Positions 39,330-49,512 of a DNA stretch of 64,000 nucleotides are shown one piece after another; position 1 is the stretch's first letter, and each line of letters begins with the position of its first letter. The notes beneath the pieces were generated by a model. The model saw only the letters and a list, made by a program, of their open reading frames with translations. It was not told the DNA's origin and ran no database searches. The stretch covers positions 2,528,001-2,592,000 of the forward strand of contig CAWHIJ010000003.1 of NCBI GenBank assembly GCA_963829525.1. The letters are read 5' to 3'. The position numbers and the translations under genes were made by a program. This stretch comes from an uncultured Actinomycetota bacterium (GTDB lineage: Bacteria > Actinomycetota > Actinomycetes > JAHEKZ01).

Positions 39330-40409
39330 ATGACCGACGAACCAACTTCACCACCCCCACCCGAGCCCCCCGAGCTACCGGAGCAGGGGGGCCACGCTTC
39401 TTGGTCTCCGACACCCGAATCGGCGCCACCACCACCGCCACCGGCCTCACCACCACCGCCGCCACCACCGCCGGGGGGGCCGGGCCAACCGCCGACCTGG
39501 GCGCCTCAGCCTGCGATGGGCAGCTGGGGGCCACCGCCGGCAGCCCCGAGGCCGGGCGTCATCCCGCTTCGCCCGCTCGGGATCCCCGAGCTGCTCGACG
39601 GAGCGATCACCGCGATCCGGCGGTACCCGAGGGCGACGCTCGTACCGTCGTTCGTCGTCGCACTTGGCCTTGGAGCGATCACCTTTCTCACCGGACTTGT
39701 CACCGTGTCGATGTACGAGGGAATGGCTGACCTGGATCCGAACACCGTGAGTGGCACCGACATCGCCGGGATCTTCGGGCCAACGGTGTTCGTGTCGCTC
39801 GTTGGTTCGGTACTGCAAGTGATCGCACAGATACTTCTCATCGGTGTCATCACTGCCGTGATCGGACAGGCGGTGCTCGGCAACCCGATCACGGCGCAAG
39901 AGGCTTGGGCGATAGTCCGGCCAAGGGCCTGGCCACTCGTCGGACTTGGGTTGCTCTGGGGGCTGATCTTCATTTTGGGTCTGTGCTTCTGTGTCATCCC
40001 GGGAGTCGTCTTTGCTGTCTATTTCTCCATCGCCTCGGCCGCCTTGGTGCTCGAACGGGCGACTGTCTTCGGCGCGATGAGCCGCTCGTCGCGCCTCATC
40101 AGCGGGGCCTTCTGGCGCACGTTCGGCGCAGTGCTTCTTATGGGAATCATCTACACCGTCATCAACGTCGCCATCGGGGTTCCCTTCTCGATCCCCGAGT
40201 TGGTCTTTCCGTCTGTTGACCCGGCGACACTGAGCGTCAATGAGAGCCGCTTCGTGGTCAACCAGACGATTGCAACGATCGGAAGCGTCATCGTGAACAC
40301 GATCACCATGCCGTTCATCGCCGCTGGCATCTCGTTGATCTACATTGACCGGCGGATGCGCACCGAGGGGCTCGACATCACGCTCGCCCGACAGTCGCAG
40401 GGTTTGTGA
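39330..40409 (+). CDS. Multi-pass membrane protein with Pro-rich N-terminus
   Basis: PGVIPLRPL...LDGA, several TM segments, YIDRRMRTEGLD; first gene of the MoxR block. Confidence 0.82.
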   Translation: MTDEPTSPPPPEPPELPEQGGHASWSPTPESAPPPPPPASPPPPPPPPGGPGQPPTWAPQPAMGSWGPPPAAPRPGVIPLRPLGIPELLDGAITAIRRYPRATLVPSFVVALGLGAITFLTGLVTVSMYEGMADLDPNTVSGTDIAGIFGPTVFVSLVGSVLQVIAQILLIGVITAVIGQAVLGNPITAQEAWAIVRPRAWPLVGLGLLWGLIFILGLCFCVIPGVVFAVYFSIASAALVLERATVFGAMSRSSRLISGAFWRTFGAVLLMGIIYTVINVAIGVPFSIPELVFPSVDPATLSVNESRFVVNQTIATIGSVIVNTITMPFIAAGISLIYIDRRMRTEGLDITLARQSQGL

Positions 40410-41038
40410 TCGCGCTGAACGTGCCCTTCGACATCCCCGTTGACGTCGGTCGTGACGAGGCTCGCGAACTCGCCGATCGCGAGCTGCTCAACCCGATCTA
40501 CGCCGATGCACGACCCCCTTGGTGGCAGCGTCTGAGCTCTTGGGCATGGGAGCACTTCACCGACCTTCTTGGCAGGCTAGGTGGCGCTACCAGCAACCGC
40601 CTGTGGCTCATCGTCCTGGCCGCTGTGATCGCGCTCATCATCTTCGTCATCGTGCGCCGAGCAGGCGGTGTGCAGCGGCGCCGTTCGGCGACCGCAGAGG
40701 TCTTCACCGACCGCACGATGAGCGCAGCCGAACACCGAGCTCACGCTGAGGACGCGGCTCGCATCGGCGACTGGGGTCAAGCGGTCCTCGAAGCCTTCCG
40801 AGCTGTCGTCCGCCAACTCGAAGAACGCGGTGCACTCGATCCGCGAGCAGGCCGGACCGCGGACGAGGCGGCCCGCGACGCAGGAGCGGTATTCGGCGCC
40901 CTTCGCACTCAACTCCGCTCGGCCGCACGCGCCTTCGACGAGGTCGCCTATGGAGACCGACCCGGGACGGCTGAGGCGTATGGGCAGATCACCACCCTCG
41001 ACCGCACGCTGCAAGATTCAGCGATGGTCGGCATCTGA
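40406..41038 (+). CDS. DUF4129-domain membrane protein
   Basis: FRAVVRQLEER, GRTADE, FDEVAYG. Confidence 0.82.
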   Translation: MIALNVPFDIPVDVGRDEARELADRELLNPIYADARPPWWQRLSSWAWEHFTDLLGRLGGATSNRLWLIVLAAVIALIIFVIVRRAGGVQRRRSATAEVFTDRTMSAAEHRAHAEDAARIGDWGQAVLEAFRAVVRQLEERGALDPRAGRTADEAARDAGAVFGALRTQLRSAARAFDEVAYGDRPGTAEAYGQITTLDRTLQDSAMVGI

Positions 41039-42153
41039 TGAGCGGCCAACGGCGTTGGGCGGCAGTGGGCGCGGCGGCAGTGATCATCCTCGGCCTTGTG
41101 ACAGCGCTCATGACGTCGACAACGGGCCGAACCTCGCTCGACCCGGACGCCGCCACCCCCGGGGGAAGCCGGGCACTGGCTGAGCTGCTGCGGGATCAGG
41201 GCATCACCGTCGAGCGCACCACCGACGTGAACCGCGCCATGGCAACAGGCTCGTCGACCACGCTCGTCGTGGCCTATCCAGAGCTGCTGCGGCGAGAAGA
41301 TGTTCAGCGCCTCGAGCTGCTCCCTTCTGATGTGATCCTCCTCGGCCCAGTAAGGACCGGCTCTGGCTATCTCGGGGTGCTGCCGGCAAAGGCGTCCGAC
41401 GTCGAGGATCGCCAACCGCAGTGTGACTTGACCGCCGCAACCTCAGCTGGCGACGCCAGAGTCGGCGGCGCTGCCTTCGCAGTGACGACATCCCCGGAGG
41501 CCGACAACGGATCAGGCGCAACGAGTGAGTGCTATCTCGACGGCGAAGCCCCCACAGTCGTCCAGAGGCTGACGACCAATGGGGCAAACCACACCGTCGT
41601 GGGATCGGCGGAGTTCATGACGAACGAGTGGATCGATGACGCGGGCAATGCCGCACTGGCCATGAACCTGACCGGTCAGCAGCCCACGCTCGTCTGGTGG
41701 CTCCCGACGCCCAGCTACTCCGGACGCCAGTCGCTGACGAGCATGCTCCCCGATGGTGTGTGGCCGGTCCTTGGTGTGGCGGTCGTCATCGTGGTCGCTC
41801 TTGCCGGATGGCGGGGCCGCAGGCTGGGACCAGTGGTGGTGGAGCCACTACCGGTCGCAGTACGGGCATCGGAGACCACCGAGGGACGAGCCAGGATCTA
41901 CCAGCGCTACCGCACCCGCGATCGGGCAGCCGAACACCTCAGAGCCCAGACGGTCGACCTCTGCGGCTCCCGCCTTGGGCTACCGCCCAATGCAACGGCC
42001 GGTGCCACGGCCGAAGCGGTGGCGCGGCGCACGGGGCGCCGGGCCGATGAGGTACGTGCGGTCTTGTACGGTCCCCCACCAGAGGGGGACCAAGCATTGG
42101 TCACCCTCGGCCGTCAGCTGGCCACCCTCGAGCAGGAGGTACGTCGCGCGTGA
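41038..42153 (+). CDS. DUF4350-domain membrane protein
   Basis: LDP...PGGSRALAELL..QG, GNAALAMNL, GRRLGPVVVEPLPVAVRASETTEGRA. Confidence 0.82.
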   Translation: MSGQRRWAAVGAAAVIILGLVTALMTSTTGRTSLDPDAATPGGSRALAELLRDQGITVERTTDVNRAMATGSSTTLVVAYPELLRREDVQRLELLPSDVILLGPVRTGSGYLGVLPAKASDVEDRQPQCDLTAATSAGDARVGGAAFAVTTSPEADNGSGATSECYLDGEAPTVVQRLTTNGANHTVVGSAEFMTNEWIDDAGNAALAMNLTGQQPTLVWWLPTPSYSGRQSLTSMLPDGVWPVLGVAVVIVVALAGWRGRRLGPVVVEPLPVAVRASETTEGRARIYQRYRTRDRAAEHLRAQTVDLCGSRLGLPPNATAGATAEAVARRTGRRADEVRAVLYGPPPEGDQALVTLGRQLATLEQEVRRA

Positions 42154-43127
42154 CTAGTTCAGCCGGATCTGCCGGTATGTCCGACCCCCGCGGCGCTCTG
42201 CTCGCTGTTCGAGATGAGGTGGGCAAGGCGGTCGTCGGCCAGGACGCGGTGGTGACCGGGTTGATGATCGCTCTGCTCTGCCGCGGCCACATACTGCTCG
42301 AGGGAGTTCCCGGGACTGCCAAGACACTTATGGTGCGGGCCTTGGCTCGGGCACTGGCCGTCGACCACAAGCGCATCCAGTTCACCCCCGACCTCATGCC
42401 AGGTGATGTCACCGGCTCGCTCATCTACGACGCGCGCACGGCGGAGTTTGCCTTTCGGCCCGGCCCGGTCTTCACCAACCTTCTGCTTGCTGACGAGATC
42501 AACCGAACCCCACCGAAAACCCAAGCGGCACTGCTCGAGGCGATGGAAGAGCGACAGGTGAGCGTCGACGGCACACCCCGACCGCTCCCCGACCCCTTTC
42601 TCGTTGCCGCCACGCAGAACCCGGTTGAGTACGAAGGCACCTACGCACTTCCGGAAGCCCAGCTCGACCGATTCCTCCTCAAGTTGACCATGCCGATCCC
42701 GTCACGCGATGCCGAGATCGACGTGGTGACCCGGCATGCGAACGGGTTCGACCCACGCAACCTCGACGCTGCTGGAATCCGGCCGGTTGCCGATGCAGTG
42801 GCTCTCGACGCCGCACGCGCCTCGGTTGCAGGCGTCAGAATCGCGCCTGAGATCGCCGGGTACGTGGTCGACTTGGCGCGTGCCACCAGGAACGTTCCGT
42901 CCGTCCAGCTCGGCGTATCCCCGCGTGCGAGCACCGCGTTGCTCGCCACCTCCCGCGCCTGGGCCTGGTTGAGCGCCCGCGACTTCGTCACTCCCGACGA
43001 CGTCAAGATCATCGCCAAGCCCACCTGGCGACACCGACTTCAGCTCCGCGCGGAGGCACAGTTGGAAGGTACCTCGGCCGACGGAGTTCTCGACGCAGTA
43101 CTGAGCTCGGTGCCGGTCCCGCGCTGA
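42150..43127 (+). CDS. moxR: MoxR-family AAA+ ATPase
   Basis: HILLEGVPGTAKT, RIQFTPDLMP, LADEINRTPPKTQAALLEAMEE, YALPEAQLDRF. Confidence 0.95.
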   Translation: MTSSAGSAGMSDPRGALLAVRDEVGKAVVGQDAVVTGLMIALLCRGHILLEGVPGTAKTLMVRALARALAVDHKRIQFTPDLMPGDVTGSLIYDARTAEFAFRPGPVFTNLLLADEINRTPPKTQAALLEAMEERQVSVDGTPRPLPDPFLVAATQNPVEYEGTYALPEAQLDRFLLKLTMPIPSRDAEIDVVTRHANGFDPRNLDAAGIRPVADAVALDAARASVAGVRIAPEIAGYVVDLARATRNVPSVQLGVSPRASTALLATSRAWAWLSARDFVTPDDVKIIAKPTWRHRLQLRAEAQLEGTSADGVLDAVLSSVPVPR

Positions 43128-43128
43128 C

Positions 43129-44421
43129 ATGGTCATCACGGGCCGCGCGGTTGCTGTCATCGCTTTGTGCGGTGCGCTGACTCTTCTGCGGCCCCATTGG
43201 TCGACCTTCTGGCTCTACCTAGTCGTGATGGTGACGGTGCTCGCCATCGATCTCGCCCGAGCCGCGGCCCCGAAGGACGTGGCCATAAGCCGCAGTGGTG
43301 ACACCGCAGTCCGAGTAGGAGATCCGGCCGCCCTGACGCTGCAGATTTCGAACGGCTCGCGCCGGCTGTTCACCGGTTCGGTTCGCGATGCCTGGCCGCC
43401 CTCAGCGCCGACGACTCCGCGCCGTCATCAGCTCATGATCGACAGCGGAGACCGTGGCCGCGTCACGACGGTGGCACGGCCATCGCGCAGGGGCCCATGC
43501 CACGCAGATCGCGTGACTCTTCGCTCGCTCGGTCCCTGGGGACTCGCCGGCCGCCAACACAGCATTCCCCTGACGTGGCGGATCGATGTCTTGCCCCCCT
43601 TCATCGCTCGCAAACATCTGCCGAGCAAACTCGCTCGACTCCGCGACCTCGAGGGACGAACGATCGTGCTGCAGCGCGGGCAGGGGACTGAGTTCGACTC
43701 ACTTCGTGAGTACGTGGTCGGCGACGATGTGCGCTCGATCGACTGGCGAGCGACGGCTCGCGCCTCCGACGTAATGGTGCGTACCTGGCGTCCAGAAAGA
43801 GATCGCCACGTCTTGATCGTCGTCGACTGCGCGCGAACGTCGGCCGGACGAGTCGGTGACGCTCCCCGACTTGATGCCAGTATCGAGGCGACGCTCCTGC
43901 TGACGGCTCTGGCCGGACGGGCCGGCGATCGGGTTGACGTGTTGGCTTGGGACCGCCGAGTTCGAGGCGCGGTGCAAGGTCGCTCGGGCGCCGATCTGAT
44001 GGCCGCCACCACCTCGATGCTGGCCGGTGTCAACTCAAGCCTCGTAGAGACTGACTGGTCAGCCCTCGCGGCCGAGATAGCACGCAGGGCCAGACACCGA
44101 TCGCTAGTCGTACTCCTGACTGCCCTCGAGCCCGCCCCGCTGCGGCAGGGCGTCCTCCCGGTCCTACCGCAGCTGACCAGACGACATCGCGTGGTGCTCG
44201 CTGCAGTCAGCGATCCGTCGGTTGCACAGATGCTCACCGACCGAAGCAACCTGGCCGCAACGTACCGTGCCGCAGCTGCAGCCGGCTTCGGGCACGAGCG
44301 CAGAGCCGTCGCCGACCAGCTCACCCAATCAGGTGTCGAGGTCGTCGACGCGCCTCCCGACGACCTCGCCCCAGCGCTCGCGGACCGATATCTCGCACTC
44401 AAAGCTGCTGGCCGGCTCTGA
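43129..44421 (+). CDS. DUF58 protein (vWA-like MoxR partner)
   Basis: GTEFDSLREYVVGDDVRSIDWRATAR, C-terminal YLALKAAGRL. Confidence 0.92.
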   Translation: MVITGRAVAVIALCGALTLLRPHWSTFWLYLVVMVTVLAIDLARAAAPKDVAISRSGDTAVRVGDPAALTLQISNGSRRLFTGSVRDAWPPSAPTTPRRHQLMIDSGDRGRVTTVARPSRRGPCHADRVTLRSLGPWGLAGRQHSIPLTWRIDVLPPFIARKHLPSKLARLRDLEGRTIVLQRGQGTEFDSLREYVVGDDVRSIDWRATARASDVMVRTWRPERDRHVLIVVDCARTSAGRVGDAPRLDASIEATLLLTALAGRAGDRVDVLAWDRRVRGAVQGRSGADLMAATTSMLAGVNSSLVETDWSALAAEIARRARHRSLVVLLTALEPAPLRQGVLPVLPQLTRRHRVVLAAVSDPSVAQMLTDRSNLAATYRAAAAAGFGHERRAVADQLTQSGVEVVDAPPDDLAPALADRYLALKAAGRL

Positions 44422-44449
44422 GACGGTCGGCCAGGTCCACATGCGGGCC

Positions 44450-45448
44450 TCAGGCGGCGACCGGGCGGATTGAGCCAAGGTCGTCGTCGTCAAGATCGGT
44501 GCCGAGCCCGGCCAACTCGGCGCGCCTTCCGAACACCGCCACGTAGGTCAAGAAGCCCGTGAGCGCGAGCAGGCCGATCGAGATGCGCGCCCAGGTAGGC
44601 AGGCCCGACGGGGTGACGAACGCCTCGATCACCCCGGACACGAGCAGCACGACGGTAAGTCCAACCACCGCCCCGAGTGTCGAACGACCCTCCGAGGCAA
44701 AAGCGTCAACCCTGGTTCGCGGCCCGGGGGCAATCAGCGTCCAACCCAGGCGAAGGCCAAGGGCTGACGCGACAAACACTGCCGTCAGCTCGAGAAGCCC
44801 GTGCGGCAAGATCAAACCGAAGAACAGGTCAAGACGTCCTCCGGCGGCCATGAACCCTCCGGTGACCCCGACATTGGAAGCGTTTTGCCACAGCACCCAC
44901 AACACCGGCAGCCCGAGCAGACCTCCGAAGGCGAGGGAAAGTGCCGCCACCCACGCGTTGTTCGTCCATACCCGCGCGCCAAACGAGGCCGCTGGATCTG
45001 AGGAGTAGTAGTTCTCGAAGTCCTCGTTGACCAGTTGCTCAACCTGCGCTGGCGGGGCAAGCGCACCCTGGACGTCTGGATTTGCGGCAACCCATGCGCC
45101 CAATCCGAACGACACCAGCAAGAACCCGACGCTGACGCCGACGACCCACCACCGGGCCCGGTACACGAGCAGCGGAAAGGTCACCAGGAAGTAGCGGCTG
45201 ATGTCATCGGTCGTGAATCGGCGCGTGCCCGTGGTTGTGCCCCGCGCACGAGCGACCAGGGTGGACAGCTCGGCAACCAGCGCCGGGTCAGGGGCCTCCG
45301 ACCGAACGATCGATAGGTCGGTGGACGCGCGACCGTAGAGTTCGACGAACTCATCGGCTTCAGCACCCGTCAGGTGCGATAGCCGGGTGAGCTGACGCAG
45401 TCGTTCCCAGTCCGGGCGATGCGTGGCGACGAATCGGTCAAGGTCCAT
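44450..45448 (-). CDS. SpoIIM-family membrane protein
   Basis: MDLDRFV, VWTNNAWVA, ILPHGLLELTA, SGVIEAFVTPS. Confidence 0.9.
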   Translation of the reverse strand: MDLDRFVATHRPDWERLRQLTRLSHLTGAEADEFVELYGRASTDLSIVRSEAPDPALVAELSTLVARARGTTTGTRRFTTDDISRYFLVTFPLLVYRARWWVVGVSVGFLLVSFGLGAWVAANPDVQGALAPPAQVEQLVNEDFENYYSSDPAASFGARVWTNNAWVAALSLAFGGLLGLPVLWVLWQNASNVGVTGGFMAAGGRLDLFFGLILPHGLLELTAVFVASALGLRLGWTLIAPGPRTRVDAFASEGRSTLGAVVGLTVVLLVSGVIEAFVTPSGLPTWARISIGLLALTGFLTYVAVFGRRAELAGLGTDLDDDDLGSIRPVAA

Positions 45449-45512
45449 TGTTCCGGCACAATAACTGCACAGCACCGGCTGCTGCCGACGTTTCGGTGGC
45501 CGAGAGGGGATC

Positions 45513-46394
45513 ATGTCTCAGCAGGGCGGCCGCCCAGAGGGCGGGGATGGTTCTGGGCTGATTACCGGCGACGCCGTTGTCGTCGACCTGCGCCTGGCCA
45601 AGCTGCCCAGCCGCAGTCTCGCCTTTTTGATCGACTTCACCCTTCAAATCGTCGCTCTCATCGCCATCGCCTTCTCGTTCGGGGTCGTTGCCGCAGTTAC
45701 CGATGACGTGTTGGCGTTCGTCTACTTCTTCGTTGCCGGCATAGCTGTCATCGTCGGCTATCCAGCGGCCATGGAGACGCTTACCAGGGGACGCACCGTT
45801 GGCAAGCTCGCGCTCGGACTCCGAGCGGTCCGTAACGATGGTGGGGCGATCCGCTTTCGGCACGCCTTGGTCCGGGCCCTGATCGCCGTTATTGAGATCT
45901 ATCTGTGCGGGGGTGCGATCGCCGTCGTCACCAGCCTCATCTCCCCGGAAGGCAAACGAGTGGGCGACTACGCCGCCGGCACCGTTGTCGTCCGCGAACG
46001 CGCGCCAAGGACGGCGCAGAGTGACCCATTGACCCCGATTCCCTCCAGCCTGAGAGAGTGGTCGGCCACCCTTGACCTGAGCCACTTACAAGCGGCAACG
46101 GCCCTCGCCGCCCGACAGTTCTTATCTCGCTCGGACTCGCTCAATGTCGAGGCCAGAGCCTCCATCGGAAGGTCGCTCGCCAATGAAATGGCGAGCCAGG
46201 TGTCGCCGCCACCACCTGCCGGAGTGAGTGCCGAGCTGTTCCTCGGCGTGGTGCTCGCCGAGCGCGCTCGGCGAGCACAGGGGGACGAACCCGCCCCAAC
46301 GGGTGTGCCGATGGCGCCACAGCCGCCAGCTGGGGCACCGCCCCGCGAACTTCACGAACCGGAGGCAAACCGGGACTTCATCGCGCCTTCGTGA
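45513..46394 (+). CDS. RDD-family membrane protein
   Basis: SRSLAFLID, GRTVGKLALGLR, KRVGDYAAGTVVV. Confidence 0.92.
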   Translation: MSQQGGRPEGGDGSGLITGDAVVVDLRLAKLPSRSLAFLIDFTLQIVALIAIAFSFGVVAAVTDDVLAFVYFFVAGIAVIVGYPAAMETLTRGRTVGKLALGLRAVRNDGGAIRFRHALVRALIAVIEIYLCGGAIAVVTSLISPEGKRVGDYAAGTVVVRERAPRTAQSDPLTPIPSSLREWSATLDLSHLQAATALAARQFLSRSDSLNVEARASIGRSLANEMASQVSPPPPAGVSAELFLGVVLAERARRAQGDEPAPTGVPMAPQPPAGAPPRELHEPEANRDFIAPS

Positions 46395-46417
46395 ACTCCG
46401 ACCGTGAACGCCGACCG

Positions 46418-47308
46418 CTACGCCGCTGCGATGCCGATCACGCCGATGGTGTTCACCACGCAGTGTGCGAGCATCGCCCCGCTCAACCCCCCGTACTGAC
46501 GGACAATGCCCAGCACGATGCCCGCTGCCAGTAGCGGGGCAACTCGCAGCGGCTCCACATGCAGCAGGGCGAAGGGGACACCAGCGATCACGGTGGCCAC
46601 CCACGGCGACCACCCGTGCTTGACGACGGCACCCCAGACGAGCCCGCGGAACGCCAGCTCCTCGACGAACGGTGCACCGACCGCGATCAGGACCAGGAAC
46701 AGCACGAAGGCAACCGTGCTGCCGGTCATCGACTCGGCGACATCCGCTCCCGCGGAGGTGACCTCTTGGTTCAAGAGCTCAGCGGTCACCGATGTCAACA
46801 CGGTCATGGCCACCAGCGTCGCGATGCCACCGGCAAGACCGATGCCGAGCGCACGCCAGGAGACGACGAATCCGTACGCGTGGCGCCATCCCGACGACTT
46901 GCGCCATGCCGCGACCAGCGGCCAGGCCGCCATCCCGGCGAAGAAAAGCGCCTGAGCGGCTGTGAGCACCCAGCTCCCGGACGCCGACGAGCCGTTGACC
47001 TCGCCATCAGCGGTGAAGGCGTCGGGAGCAGCAAAGAGCAGGGGGACGAAGAGCACCGCACTGACCACGATGGTCCCCAGCACAACCAGCACGAACCAGC
47101 CGACGTCGCCAAACCCCCACGAGCCAGACGGCTGACCGTAGACCTGCCGAGCTGGCCTGCTCTCGCCAGGCTCGACGGCAGCGGTCGACCACTGAGGGTC
47201 CAGCGGCGCGCTGGCGTCGGTCCACGCCGAACCGGTCCAGTACCGCTGAAGGGTCGGCGAGGACGGATCGGGATACCAGCCTGGGGCCGAGGAAGGCGCG
47301 TCAGTCAC
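46418..47308 (-). CDS. CPBP (Abi/CAAX-type) intramembrane protease with N-terminal DUF2510-like domain
   Basis: PGWYPDP....QRYWTG..WT; PFVEELAFRG, FALLH, HCVVN. Confidence 0.87.
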   Translation of the reverse strand: MTDAPSSAPGWYPDPSSPTLQRYWTGSAWTDASAPLDPQWSTAAVEPGESRPARQVYGQPSGSWGFGDVGWFVLVVLGTIVVSAVLFVPLLFAAPDAFTADGEVNGSSASGSWVLTAAQALFFAGMAAWPLVAAWRKSSGWRHAYGFVVSWRALGIGLAGGIATLVAMTVLTSVTAELLNQEVTSAGADVAESMTGSTVAFVLFLVLIAVGAPFVEELAFRGLVWGAVVKHGWSPWVATVIAGVPFALLHVEPLRVAPLLAAGIVLGIVRQYGGLSGAMLAHCVVNTIGVIGIAAA

Positions 47309-47970
47309 AGTGGTCCTTCGACAGTGACGACGCGGACATTGAATGCTGCTGATCCGAGCGCGTCCATCAGCACCAGCCAGAGCATCAGATAGCCCTCGGT
47401 GACGCGCGCGGCGGCGATGCCTCCGAGGTCGCGGACTCGTTCAGGGCCCCAGCCCAGCTCCCCCAGCAGCGCGACCACGTCACGCTTGGCCGCCGAGTCA
47501 TCCCCGGCGATGAAGAGATCGGTCTGCTCGGCAAGGGAACCGGGATCGACCATCACCGATGCCGTCACCGTGTTCAGCGCCTTGACCACCCGGACGTTGG
47601 GGAATGCACGCTGGATCTGCTCACCCAGGCTGTCATCGCCAGATACCGACAGGCGAGGGGGGAAGCCGCCGGAGAAGTCGAGCGGGTTCGCCACGTCAAC
47701 CAGCACCTTGCCGGCAAGGCTGCCCTGGCCCGCCGCCTCCAGGACCACCAGTGACTGGGTACCCGCCGTGCAGTTGAGCACGACTTCTCCGAATGCCGCG
47801 GCCTCGGCGAAGGTCCCGGTCCTCGCGGCGTCGCCATTGGCCTGGGACCAGGCAAGTGATCGGTCGTTGGGCGTCGACCGCGACCCCATGCACACCTCAT
47901 GACCGAGGCTGACGAACGCCGACCCGAGGGTCTGTCCGACGACACCGGTCCCGAGCACGCCGAGCTTCAT
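47305..47970 (-). CDS. NADP oxidoreductase (F420-dependent NADP reductase-like family)
   Basis: GVLGTGVVG Rossmann motif, VDVANP, VVKALNT, DLGGI. Confidence 0.85.
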   Translation of the reverse strand: MKLGVLGTGVVGQTLGSAFVSLGHEVCMGSRSTPNDRSLAWSQANGDAARTGTFAEAAAFGEVVLNCTAGTQSLVVLEAAGQGSLAGKVLVDVANPLDFSGGFPPRLSVSGDDSLGEQIQRAFPNVRVVKALNTVTASVMVDPGSLAEQTDLFIAGDDSAAKRDVVALLGELGWGPERVRDLGGIAAARVTEGYLMLWLVLMDALGSAAFNVRVVTVEGPL

Positions 47971-47987
47971 GCGGTTGCGGGCCTGGC

Positions 47988-49469
47988 TCAGTAGCGGTAG
48001 TGATCGGGCTTGTACGGGCCGCTCTTCGGAATCCCGAGGTACTCCGCCTGATCATCGGTCAGCTCGGTCAGCTCGATCCCCAGGGCGTCAAGGTGCAGCC
48101 GGGCAACCTTCTCGTCGAGGTGCTTGGCCAGCGTGTAGACGCCGACCGGGTAGTCAGCGGTCTTCGTGAAGAGCTCGATCTGCGCGATGGTCTGGTTGGC
48201 GAATGAGTTCGACATGACAAAGCTCGGGTGGCCGGTCGCGTTCCCGAGATTCAGCAGCCGGCCCTCGCTCAAGATGAGGACCGCGTGTCCGTCCGGGAAG
48301 TGCCAGAGGTCGACCTGCGGCTTGATGTTCTCTCGTCGCACTCCGCCGAACGTGGCCAGCCCAGCCATGTCGATCTCGTTGTCAAAGTGCCCGATGTTGC
48401 CGACGATCGCCTGGTGCTTCATCAGCTGCATGTCCGCGACGGTTATGACGTCTTTGTTGCCAGTCGCGGTGATGAAGATGTCAGCGGTGGCCACGACATC
48501 CTCGAGGCGAACGACCTGGTAACCATCCATGGCGGCCTGCAACGCGCAGATCGGGTCGATCTCGGTAACCATGACGCGCGCGCCTTGCCCCCGCAGTGAC
48601 TCCGCCGACCCTTTGCCAACATCGCCGTATCCGAACACCACCGCCGTCTTGCCCCCGATGAGGGTGTCGGTGGCCCGGTTGATGCCGTCGATGAGTGAGT
48701 GCCGGCATCCGTACTTGTTGTCGAACTTGCTCTTGGTCACCGAGTCGTTGACGTTGATGGCCGGGAAGAGCAGCTCGCCGCCTTCGAGCATCTGGTAGAG
48801 CCGGTGGACACCAGTCGTGGTCTCCTCGGTGACGCCGCGGATGTCACCGGCAACCTCAGTCCACTTGCTCGGGTTCTCCTCGAGCGTGCGGTTGAGCAGT
48901 CGGAGTACGACCTCGAACTCCTCACTGTCAGCAGTGGAGGGGTCGGGGGCCGCGCCAGCTTTCTCGAACTCAACGCCTTTGTGCACGAGCATGGTGGCGT
49001 CGCCACCATCGTCGAGGATCATGTTTGGGCCCTCACCTGCTGCTTGACCCGGCCATGTCAGCGCCTGTTCGGTGCACCACCAGTACTCCTCGAGGGTCTC
49101 GCCCTTCCAGGCAAAGACCGGCACGCCGGACGGTGCATCGACCGTGCCCGTCGGTCCGACCACGGTTGCCGCTGCCGCGTGGTCCTGCGTGGAGAAGATG
49201 TTGCAGCTTGCCCATCGCACGTCGGCGCCGAGCGCCGTCAGCGTCTCGATGAGCACAGCGGTCTGCACCGTCATGTGAAGGGATCCGGTGATCCGCGCAC
49301 CTGCCAGCGGCTGAGCGTCGGCGAACTCACGGCGAATCGCCATGAGACCGGGCATCTCGTGTTCGGCCAGCCGGATCTCCTTGCGGCCGAACTCGGCAAG
49401 CGAGAGGTCGGCAACCTTGAAGTCGAGCCGGCGGGTGGGGGTCGGGGCGGGGAGCGTGGGAGCAGTCAC
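47988..49469 (-). CDS. ahcY: Adenosylhomocysteinase
   Basis: [52 protein letters not shown]; GTG 49469 seven nt after TACCCT. Confidence 0.98.
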   Translation of the reverse strand: MTAPTLPAPTPTRRLDFKVADLSLAEFGRKEIRLAEHEMPGLMAIRREFADAQPLAGARITGSLHMTVQTAVLIETLTALGADVRWASCNIFSTQDHAAAATVVGPTGTVDAPSGVPVFAWKGETLEEYWWCTEQALTWPGQAAGEGPNMILDDGGDATMLVHKGVEFEKAGAAPDPSTADSEEFEVVLRLLNRTLEENPSKWTEVAGDIRGVTEETTTGVHRLYQMLEGGELLFPAINVNDSVTKSKFDNKYGCRHSLIDGINRATDTLIGGKTAVVFGYGDVGKGSAESLRGQGARVMVTEIDPICALQAAMDGYQVVRLEDVVATADIFITATGNKDVITVADMQLMKHQAIVGNIGHFDNEIDMAGLATFGGVRRENIKPQVDLWHFPDGHAVLILSEGRLLNLGNATGHPSFVMSNSFANQTIAQIELFTKTADYPVGVYTLAKHLDEKVARLHLDALGIELTELTDDQAEYLGIPKSGPYKPDHYRY

Positions 49470-49512
49470 GCGGACCAGGGTACCGGGAGGACGGCTCGGC
49501 CGCCCTGTGACG

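Noticed and set aside
39330-39560. CCA/CCG-rich tract as a non-coding repeat
   Set aside because: Explained by the poly-proline N-terminus of the membrane protein
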